Part shown: piece by piece, positions 38,506 through 46,171 of the stretch
Position numbering within the stretch: position 1 is the stretch's first letter
Layout of the letters: each line of letters starts with the position of its first letter
Assembly (NCBI GenBank): GCA_965220965.1
Contig: OZ244852.1
Location: forward strand, 1,760,001-1,824,000
Direction: 5' to 3'
Source: Candidatus Marinacidobacterium sp.
Lineage (GTDB): Bacteria; Acidobacteriota; Vicinamibacteria; Marinacidobacterales; Marinacidobacteraceae
Length of the DNA: 64,000 bases
The notes under the pieces: generated by a model
Seen by the model: the letters and a program-made list of their open reading frames with translations, nothing else
The model's database searches: none
What the model was told of the DNA's origin: nothing
Made by a program: the position numbers and the translations under genes

Positions 38506-39672
38506 CTACGCCGCCGGCATCGCGCCGAAGAAGTCGGCGTGGCCGGCGAGGATCCGCTCCTCGGCCTCCCGGTTCGGTTCGAGCGACCAGACATCCCGCT
38601 CGCGGGTCCCGCCGAGGAGGATGCCGTCAGCGCGGGGCATCATGTAGAGCCCGCCGGCGAGGGTGATGTAGCGGATCTCCGGCTGGGGGAGCAGGACGGT
38701 GAGCTGTCCCTTGAGCGGAACGAGCCCCTCGTCCCCGGTGAGGGCGCGGGCGCCGATTCCGGTGCAGTTCACGATCCGCCGCTCGGGAAGCGAGGCCACC
38801 TCGTCCAGCGAGCCGAAGTCGCGGATCCGGAGCGACCCCCCCGCGATGAGGAAGTCGCGGAGCACCGCCTCCAGATAGACAGGCGGCTCGATCATCATGC
38901 TCTGGAACTGGCGCGCGTAGCGCGCCGGGAACGGGTGGGTTCCGGGAGCGAAGTCGCGCGCCTCGGGAAAGAGATCGGCCAACGTCTCCGGCCCCACGGA
39001 TCCGCCGAACGGCGCATCGCTCACCGGGTAGTTCGGGAGCCAGCGGATGCCGTAACGGGTTCCGACCATGTCCTGGAAGATGCGGTAGGCGATCCGGGCG
39101 GCGCGCTGGAACCGGCCCTGGAACTCCTCCGTCGCGACGCGGGCGTCAGCGACCGAGAACGGCGACCACTGCGCGCACGCCACGTTCGATGTGGTCTCCG
39201 GCGGCAGGTCCTTCGCGTAGATCGTGACCCCGGCGCCGCGGCGCTGGAGCAGCCGGGCGGTCGCAAGGCCGACCGCGCCGCAACCGATCACCGCGGCGCG
39301 GGCGGGCGGAGGTTCGTCACCCAGAAGCTCCTCCACCGCCAGCCAGGCGGTCCCCCACGAGAGCGTCACGCCGCCCCCGCCGTGGCCGTAGTTGTGGACC
39401 AGGATCCGGCCGCCGCCGAGGTCCTCGCGCTCCACCCGGAACCCCGCCGGGCGATAGGGGCGCAGGCCCACCACCGTGCGGATCACCCGGTCGCGCGACA
39501 CCCGGACGCGGGGGAGACGGAACGCCGGCTCCGCCGGGGCCGGCGGGGCGGGCGCCGGACGGGCGGAACAGCCGGCGAGCGCCGCGGCGCCGAGCCCGGC
39601 GGCGGAGCCCAGCAGCGCGCGCCGCGAGAGCGGCGAGCCGGGGCGGACCAGAGTGGGGGTGGGCGGCGTCAG
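38506..39672 (-). CDS. D-amino acid oxidase-like FAD enzyme with Tat-lipoprotein signal; probable CTG start
   Basis: SRRALLG..LAGC; VGLRP, HNYGHGGGGVTLSWG, VIGCGAVG, TTSNVA, IVNCTG.GA, GQL. Confidence 0.88.
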   Translation of the reverse strand: MTPPTPTLVRPGSPLSRRALLGSAAGLGAAALAGCSARPAPAPPAPAEPAFRLPRVRVSRDRVIRTVVGLRPYRPAGFRVEREDLGGGRILVHNYGHGGGGVTLSWGTAWLAVEELLGDEPPPARAAVIGCGAVGLATARLLQRRGAGVTIYAKDLPPETTSNVACAQWSPFSVADARVATEEFQGRFQRAARIAYRIFQDMVGTRYGIRWLPNYPVSDAPFGGSVGPETLADLFPEARDFAPGTHPFPARYARQFQSMMIEPPVYLEAVLRDFLIAGGSLRIRDFGSLDEVASLPERRIVNCTGIGARALTGDEGLVPLKGQLTVLLPQPEIRYITLAGGLYMMPRADGILLGGTRERDVWSLEPNREAEERILAGHADFFGAMPAA

Positions 39673-39759
39673 GACAACCTCCGGAAGGGCTCCGTATACT
39701 AGGGGCGTCGGCGCAGCGGCGACCCGGGCGACGGGCCGCCCCGCCGCAAGGAGGTCAGG

Positions 39760-40485
39760 ATGGATCGCAGGATGTTCCTCAAGGCGTCGGCCGCGGTGAG
39801 CGCCGCCGGCATCGTGGGTGTGAACGACCGGGCCGAAGCGCTCGAGCACGAGATGATGCACATGCTCGACGCGCCGGAGCGTCCGCCGCTCCGCGGCGCC
39901 GACGACGAGGAGCCGCTCTCGGTGATGCCGGAGAAGCCCACGCTGGTGGACTTCTTCGAGCACCGGTTCGCGCCGGCGTCCCACGTGCTCCAGAGCGCCG
40001 CCCGCGCCCAGAAGCACGGGATGAGCGAGGAGATCATCCTCGCCTGCCTGCTCCACGACCTGTCGGTGATGAACCTGATCCGCGCCGACCACGGGTGGTG
40101 GGGCGCTCAGTTGATCGAGCCCTACGTCCCGGAACGGGTGTCCTGGGCCATCCGCTACCACCAGGCGCTCCGGTTCTTCCCGGATCCCTCGGTGGGCTAC
40201 GAGTACCCCGAGATGTACGTCCGGATGTTCGGGGCCGACCACGAGCCGGAGCCGTACATCAAGGCGGCCTACGAGTTCGCGCGGAACCACAAGTGGTACA
40301 TGGACGCCCGGTCGATCACGATGCACGACGACTACAGCTTCGATCCGGACGCCAAGGTCTCGATCGAGCCGTTCATCGACATCATCGGGCGGCACTTCCG
40401 CCAGCCGAAGGAAGGCCTCGGCAACGACAACAGCCCCTCCGCCCACATGTGGCGGACGATGATCAACCCCCGGCGGCGCCTGTAG
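39760..40485 (+). CDS. Tat-signal HD-domain protein (PhnZ/MIOX-like)
   Basis: DRRMFLK; H.LQSA..A, CLLHD, DH...GA.LIEPY, IRYH, DD. Confidence 0.8.
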   Translation: MDRRMFLKASAAVSAAGIVGVNDRAEALEHEMMHMLDAPERPPLRGADDEEPLSVMPEKPTLVDFFEHRFAPASHVLQSAARAQKHGMSEEIILACLLHDLSVMNLIRADHGWWGAQLIEPYVPERVSWAIRYHQALRFFPDPSVGYEYPEMYVRMFGADHEPEPYIKAAYEFARNHKWYMDARSITMHDDYSFDPDAKVSIEPFIDIIGRHFRQPKEGLGNDNSPSAHMWRTMINPRRRL

Positions 40486-40508
40486 TTCCGGACGCGCGCG
40501 AGGGCGCA

Positions 40509-41003
40509 ATGCGGCGAAGAACCCTGCTGGCGGCCTGCGCCGTCGCGTTGTCCGCCGCCGGATGTTCGGCGGCGCTGAACCTGGGCTCGTGGCGACCCGC
40601 GGCGCCGCTACCGGTCCACATCTACTCGACGGAGACCGAAGACGCCGACGCGGCGGCGATGCTCGCGCTCGCCGAGGAGGAGGTGAAGGGCCGGGTGGCG
40701 CGCCGGGACCGGTGGTTCCGGGTCGTGGAGGACCGGACCGAGGCCGCGGTCGTGCTTCGCCTCACGCGCTACTCCGTCGAGCGGTTGCGACCCCAGCAGA
40801 ACGACGGGAACAGCGAGACGATCCGCACGCACTTCGTGGACGCGCTCGCGACCATCGGCGACGCGCGCCAGCGGATCACCGGGATCGACTCCAGGGAGGT
40901 CAACTTCGACCGGCTGGAGTACGCGGCGAGCCAGCTCGTGGATGAGCTCGAGCGGTTCTGCCGGGAGAACCAGGCGCTGCTGGGCCCCGCGCCGAGCGGG
41001 TAG
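40509..41003 (+). CDS. Hypothetical lipoprotein
   Basis: MRRR..hydrophobic..AAGC lipobox; GAGGG SD. Confidence 0.7.
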   Translation: MRRRTLLAACAVALSAAGCSAALNLGSWRPAAPLPVHIYSTETEDADAAAMLALAEEEVKGRVARRDRWFRVVEDRTEAAVVLRLTRYSVERLRPQQNDGNSETIRTHFVDALATIGDARQRITGIDSREVNFDRLEYAASQLVDELERFCRENQALLGPAPSG

Positions 41004-41057
41004 ACCAGCCGGCGAGGAAGACCTCCGCGCCGTCCCCGCGCCGTTGGCGGCGGCCGC

Positions 41058-42359
41058 TTAACGGGCGCGCGCCCGCCGGTGGATCGGGAAGTAGAGGACC
41101 GCTCCCAGCAGCGCGGTGCCGAGGCCGAGGACCGACTCGGCCGGACGCTCGAGGAGCGTGTAGCCGAGCGCCCAGGCGCTCATCGCGAGGAAGAGGACCG
41201 GGATCAGCGGGTGGAGCGGAGTCCGGAACCGGCCGGGGACCGCGCCGGCGACCCGCCCGCGTCGCAGCCGGAAGACCCCGGCGACGGTGGCCGCGGTCAT
41301 CAGGTTCAGCGTGAATCCGGCGTAGAGCAGGACCTGCTCGAAGGTCCCCGAGTAGAGAAGCACCAGGATGATCACGAGTTGGAGCGCGAGCGCGCGGCGG
41401 GGGACGCCGCCGGCCTCGCTCTTCCCGAGCGGGCGGAGGAGCGCCTCGTCCTCGCCCATGGCGCGGACGACCCGCGGTCCGAGGAAGACCATCGCGCTCA
41501 CGGTGGATGCCAGCACCAGCGCCAGCAGCGCCGACATGACCCGCCCGCCGAGGTTCCCGAAGACGCGCTCCGCCGCGAGGTAGCCCACCTCGATCACCCC
41601 GTCCAGCTCGGGCATCGGAACCGCCCGCAGGATCACCAGATTCACGACGAAATAGAGCACCGTGACCAGTAGCGTCCCGCCCACGAGGGCGCGGGCGAGC
41701 CGCTCGGGGCGCAGCATGTCCCCGACGATGTAGGCGGCGGCGTTCCAGCCGGTGTAGGCGTAGGAGACAAAGACCAGCGAGACCGCGAAGCCCGGGCTCA
41801 GGACGAGCGCGAAGTCGCCGGTCCGGGGCGTCAGCGGGGCGGAGACCGCGGGCGCGAAGAAGCCGGCGACGCAGAATCCGGCGACCAGGACGATCTTGGC
41901 GGCGGTGAGCAGGTCGTTCACCCCGCTGCCCCAACGCACCGAGGCGGCGTGGACGCCGGTGAAGAGCAGGACGACCGCCGCCGCGGCGTGGGTCACCGGG
42001 AGGCCGGGGACCAGCGGCGACAGATAGGCCGCCATCGCCATCGCCGCGAGCGCGGTGGGCGCCGCGAACCCGACGGTCGAGGAGACGAACCCGGCGGCGA
42101 ACCCGGCGGCCGGGTGGAGCGTCCGGCGGAGCAGCGCGTACTCCCCGCCGGAGCGGGGAAGCGCCGAGCCGAGTTCCCCGTAGACCAGCGCCCCGGCGAG
42201 CGCCACGAGGCCGCCCACCACCCACAGGAGAAGGACCGGGAAGCCCGATGGGACGGCGGCGACCTGGAACCCGAGCGAGGTGAAGACCCCGGTCCCGATC
42301 ATGTTCGCGACCACGAAGAGGGCCGCGGTCCGGGTGGCGATCCGCGCCCCCGGGGTCAT
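41058..42359 (-). CDS. APC-family amino acid permease
   Basis: VANMIGTGVF, Y.ELG.ALPRSGGEY, YAYTGWN, GPRV..AM.ED; about 12 TMs. Confidence 0.93.
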   Translation of the reverse strand: MTPGARIATRTAALFVVANMIGTGVFTSLGFQVAAVPSGFPVLLLWVVGGLVALAGALVYGELGSALPRSGGEYALLRRTLHPAAGFAAGFVSSTVGFAAPTALAAMAMAAYLSPLVPGLPVTHAAAAVVLLFTGVHAASVRWGSGVNDLLTAAKIVLVAGFCVAGFFAPAVSAPLTPRTGDFALVLSPGFAVSLVFVSYAYTGWNAAAYIVGDMLRPERLARALVGGTLLVTVLYFVVNLVILRAVPMPELDGVIEVGYLAAERVFGNLGGRVMSALLALVLASTVSAMVFLGPRVVRAMGEDEALLRPLGKSEAGGVPRRALALQLVIILVLLYSGTFEQVLLYAGFTLNLMTAATVAGVFRLRRGRVAGAVPGRFRTPLHPLIPVLFLAMSAWALGYTLLERPAESVLGLGTALLGAVLYFPIHRRARAR

Positions 42360-42408
42360 GACGCCTCCTCCGGCCGGGCGCCGCCGCCGGCCACCGAAGA
42401 CAGGGGGG

Positions 42409-42885
42409 CTACGGAGCGGTGCGCGCCGCGATCATGTCGATCTCGAGGAGGGCCCCCAGCGGGATCGCCGCCACCGCGACCGTGGTGCGCGCCGGAGGGA
42501 TCGCGCCCTCGGGGAAGTAGGACGCGTAGACCTCGTTCATCGCCGCGAAGTCGTTCACGTCGGCGAGGAAGACGCCGGTGCGGACGACATCCCCGAACCC
42601 GAGCCCCGCCTCCTCGAGCAGCGCCTGGAGGTTCTGCATGACCTGGTGGGTCTGCTCGGCGATGCCGCCTTCAACGAGGCCGCCCCCCGCCGGATCGAGC
42701 GCGATCTGTCCGGCGAGGAAGACGAGCCCGCCCACGTCGACTCCCGCCGAGTAGGGGCCGACCGGCGGGATCTGCCCGCTCAGCCGGACCCTCTCCGGCA
42801 TCGCCGGCTCGGCCGGGGGCGGCGGAGGCGGGGGAGCGCAGGCGGCGGCGAGGACGAGGAGCGCGGCGGGCAGCGAGCGACGCAT
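42409..42885 (-). CDS. RidA-family protein with lipoprotein signal
   Basis: MRRSL..AAAC and Pro linker; GPYS, VFLAGQI, F.AMNEVY..YF, PARTTV, EID. Confidence 0.9.
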   Translation of the reverse strand: MRRSLPAALLVLAAACAPPPPPPPAEPAMPERVRLSGQIPPVGPYSAGVDVGGLVFLAGQIALDPAGGGLVEGGIAEQTHQVMQNLQALLEEAGLGFGDVVRTGVFLADVNDFAAMNEVYASYFPEGAIPPARTTVAVAAIPLGALLEIDMIAARTAP

Positions 42886-42955
42886 GGGAAGAGCCTCCGG
42901 GGGATGGAATGGGGAGCGCCGGATGGTACCCGGCGGCCGGACGTAGGATGGCGGC

Positions 42956-43480
42956 ATGTGGACGCATCCGAAGCCCGGCGAAGCGCCGAACTACTACCTG
43001 GGGGCGGCGCGGCTCGTCCCCGAAGGCGACCTTCCCGGCGCGGCGGTGGCCGAGATGGCGACGCTGCGGTCGCGGCTCGCCGGGCTGGGCGAGGAAGACG
43101 CGAACACCGGCTACGCGCCCGGCAAGTGGTCGGTGAAGGAGGTCGTCGGGCACCTCGCCGACGTCGAGCGGCTCTTCGCCTTCCGGATGCTCCATGTGGC
43201 CCGCCGGGATCCGGCGCCGCTTCCGGCGATGGACCAGGACCAGTGGGCGGAAGCGGCGCGGCACGCCGACCGCAGCCTCGGGTCACTCCTCGATGAGCTG
43301 GACACGGTGCGGGCGGCGACGGTGAGCCTGCTGTCAACGCTCGACGAGGCGGCGCTCGACGCCGCCGGGGAGGCCAGCGGCAACCGGGTTACGGTGCGGG
43401 CGATGGCGTGGTTCGCTGTGGGGCACGCGATCCACCACCGAAGGATCCTCGAAAAGCGCTACCCGGGCGTCGGCGGCTGA
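42956..43480 (+). CDS. DinB-family protein
   Basis: YAPGKWSVKEVVGHL.D.ER, GH..HH metal motif. Confidence 0.9.
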   Translation: MWTHPKPGEAPNYYLGAARLVPEGDLPGAAVAEMATLRSRLAGLGEEDANTGYAPGKWSVKEVVGHLADVERLFAFRMLHVARRDPAPLPAMDQDQWAEAARHADRSLGSLLDELDTVRAATVSLLSTLDEAALDAAGEASGNRVTVRAMAWFAVGHAIHHRRILEKRYPGVGG

Positions 43481-44708
43481 CCCCCCGGGCCCGCCCGAGA
43501 AACAGCGCGGCGGCGACCGCCAGGCTCCCCAGCAGCGCGGCGGCGCCTGCCACCGCCCCGAACCCGAGGCGGTTCATCAGCAGACCGGAAGCGACGCTGG
43601 CGAGCGCCGCGACCGACCAGTTCAGCGAGTCGGCGCGCCCCTGCCGGCGAACCTTGACGGGGGTGTTCGGGCCTCGGGCGAGCAGCGCGCTCGCCGCCAC
43701 GAACCCGAAACACCAGCCGAGGCCCAGCAGGTAGAGGGCGAACCCCATGAGCGCCCCGGCCTCGAGCGGCGCGACCGCGCCGAGGATCCCGGACGCGGTG
43801 AGCAGCAGGCCGCCCACCGCGATCATCGCGCGCTCGCCGAACCGATCCGAGAGCACGCCCACCAGCGGCGAGAGCAGGAACATCCCGAGGGTGTGCGCGC
43901 CCATGATCGCGCCCAGTCCGGTCAGCGTCCCGCCCGCCGCGACGACCTGCACCGGCGTCATCGTCATCATGACCATCATCGCGGCGTGGGCCGAGACCAT
44001 GCCGACGACCCCCAGCGCGATCTCGCCCGGGGGCGGCCCGTCATCCGGCGCCGCCGGCTCGCCGGACGCGGCGGGGGGTGGAAGCGACGCTGACGCCGGT
44101 CCGAAGGCGCGCCGGACGCGGAGCGCGCGGCTCGCGAGGAAGAGGACCGCGACCGAGGCGTAGAGCGCCGCCGAGACCAGATACGTCAGGCCGATGGCGC
44201 TGTCCCCCACCGAAGCGGCGAGGCGCTCGATCCAGGAGAAGACGAAGGGCGCCGCGAAGCTGGCGGCGACCGCCGCCCAGACCACCAGCCCGACCGCGCG
44301 TCCCCGGCGGTGCGGCGGGACGAGCAGCGCGGCGGCGTAGCGGACCAGGTGGTAGGCGGCGTAGCCGGCGCCGAGAAGCAGGCAGCTCAGGACGAAGGGG
44401 CCGAAGGCCTCGCGGCCGGCGAAGACGGAGGCCCCCACGCAGGCGAGCGCGGTGACCGCGAAGCCGAGCGCCAGCGCCGGGATCCGGCCGATGCGGGGGA
44501 TGAGCCAGGAGAGCGCCGGCGCGCCGAAGGCGACGCCGACGATCAGCGAGGCGTTCGGAACGCCGATCCAGGCCGAGCCGGAGAGGAACCGCTCGGCGAG
44601 GACCGGAGTGACGGTGATGACCAGCAGGTAGGCGGTCGATCCGAGCACCGCCCCCAGCAGGAGGACGCCGAGCGCGCGGGAGGGCCGGGGGCGGGCGGCG
44701 CGAACCAC
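43389..44708 (-). CDS. MFS transporter
   Basis: About 12 TMs; RYAAA...P..RGRA; M.MTP; H.LGMF..SP..G.LSDRFG. Confidence 0.88.
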   Translation of the reverse strand: MVRAARPRPSRALGVLLLGAVLGSTAYLLVITVTPVLAERFLSGSAWIGVPNASLIVGVAFGAPALSWLIPRIGRIPALALGFAVTALACVGASVFAGREAFGPFVLSCLLLGAGYAAYHLVRYAAALLVPPHRRGRAVGLVVWAAVAASFAAPFVFSWIERLAASVGDSAIGLTYLVSAALYASVAVLFLASRALRVRRAFGPASASLPPPAASGEPAAPDDGPPPGEIALGVVGMVSAHAAMMVMMTMTPVQVVAAGGTLTGLGAIMGAHTLGMFLLSPLVGVLSDRFGERAMIAVGGLLLTASGILGAVAPLEAGALMGFALYLLGLGWCFGFVAASALLARGPNTPVKVRRQGRADSLNWSVAALASVASGLLMNRLGFGAVAGAAALLGSLAVAAALFLGRARGVSRRRPGSAFRGSFGGGSRAPQRTTPSPAP

Positions 44709-44714
44709 GGGCGC

Positions 44715-45853
44715 TCAGTTGCCGGCGGTCAGCAGGCGCTGGAGGCCGGCGAGCGCGCGGCGCGCCTCGGGAGCGAGCGGAGCGCCATCGCCGAGGGCGC
44801 GGCGGTCCTCCTCGCCGAGCCCGAACTCGGCGGCGATGGCGCGGAACTCGGACACGACGTCGTCGTTCGGGTCGGCGCGCCAGGCGCCCGGGACGAGGCG
44901 CAGCTCGTGGAGCGGAGGAGCGCCCCCGCCCTGACCCGTTCCGGAGACCGCTCCGCCGGAGGCCGCCTGGACCCGGTCGCGGTAGGCCAGCACCTCGGGG
45001 AGCACCCAGTCGTCGAGGGTTCCGACGACCTCGATGACCGGGATCCGGAGTTCGGCGGAGAGCGCGGGAAGCTCGGGGGTGGGGTTCGCGTTCACCGCGT
45101 CGTGGAAGGGCCAGAATGCGCCGCCCTCGGCGGGGACGCCGGCGGCTTCGGCGTAGGCGGCGAAGCCGGCCTCCGATGCGCCGCGGTCCTCCGCAAGCGC
45201 AAGCCGGGCGGCCTGGCGGCGAACCGCGCCCGCCGGGTCGCCCAGCGTGGCGGAGACCAGCACCGCCCCCGCGAAGATCTCGTCCTCGGCCACCGCCGCC
45301 TGGCGGGCGATGCCGCCGCCCTCGCCGTAACCGAACAGGATCACCCGGTCGGGGTCGCGCGCTAGACGCGGGCGAATCTGGTCGAACATGAGCCGGGCGA
45401 AGGCCTCGGTGAGGCGAAGCGCGCCCCCGGCGTCCCCGAGCCCGGCGCGGTCGAAGCTGGCCCACGCGAAGCCCTCGTCGAGCGCCCACCAGCCGATGAG
45501 GTCGTCGAGCCCGGTCTCTCCGGCGCCGAGTTCGGCCCCGTCCTCGCCCCGGCGGATCCCGCCCACCCCACGGTGCGCGCCGATGACCAGCGTCCCGTTC
45601 CAGTCGGGGGGCCGCAGCGGGTGGCGGAGCACGAAGCGGCGGGGGGGTTCGCCGGGGGGCAGCGCCCGGCCGGGGGGCACCGAGGCGACGATGCCCTGCA
45701 CGGTGAGGGCGTCGCCGTAGGCGCGGCCCGGGAGCAGGGTCTCGCGCCCTCCGTGGATGTAGAGGTGGAGCCGGGCGTCGCACCCGGTCAGGAGGACGAG
45801 GAAGGCCGGGAGGAGCAGACCCGGCCACCCGCTGCGAGCCGGCGCCCGGGCAC
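44715..45853 (-). CDS. Putative lipoprotein with alpha/beta-hydrolase-like fold; start unresolved (possible frameshift near 45829)
   Basis: Frame extends upstream of GTG 45701 to WPGLLLPAFLVLLTGC (lipobox); P.DWNG.LVI..H, LFGYGEGG, PVI.VVGTLD. Confidence 0.6.
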
Positions 45854-46114
45854 AAAAAAGCCCCGGGACCCCTGCTGGGCCATCCGGCCGCTCCGCGGCG
45901 CGAGACCCGAGCGGCCGACGGAGAAACCGCCGACGCCGCTCCGGGAGGGTTCCGCCGCCGCCTGGAATCGTGGTCAGGGTCCCGGGAACTCGTCCGTTCT
46001 TTCCGGACCCGGGGGGAGTGGGAAGGACCTCAATCCCCCGCCCCGGGTCCGTAAGCGAAGTCGTCCGGCGGAGCCATGTTTCCGACCTCCTTGCGGGCTG
46101 CGGGCTGCGTTGGT
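45854..46114 (-). ncRNA. Candidate structured leader/small RNA ending in a U6 tract
   Basis: Hairpin 46051-46004; ~125-nt rod 45986-45861 closed by CCCGGGACCC/GGGUCCCGGG and followed by U6; G-U pairs favour the minus strand. Confidence 0.55.
46030..46077 (-). CDS. 15-aa small ORF / leader peptide MAPPDDFAYGPGAGD
   Basis: Perfect SD AAGGAGGT 7 nt upstream of ATG; lies downstream of a near-consensus promoter. Confidence 0.55.
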   Translation of the reverse strand: MAPPDDFAYGPGAGD

Positions 46115-46120
46115 GAGTTC

Positions 46121-46149
46121 GTTATACAGCGGTGCGGGCGGCGGGTCAA
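46121..46149 (-). promoter_or_regulatory. Sigma70-type promoter
   Basis: TTGACC-N17-TATAAC. Confidence 0.7.
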
Positions 46150-46171
46150 GTGGCGCCGCCGGACCGCGCCG

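Noticed and set aside
43389-43480. 92-bp convergent overlap of MFS and DinB as a regulatory system
   Set aside because: The MFS tail is low-complexity, consistent with stop-codon drift in GC-rich DNA
45995-46012. SRP RNA-like GGTCCGGAAAGAA, or a known riboswitch/tmRNA
   Set aside because: Lacks the CAGG..GCAG SRP loop, a tRNA-like domain and the core motifs of FMN/TPP/SAM/B12/glycine/c-di-GMP riboswitches; kept as an unknown structured RNA
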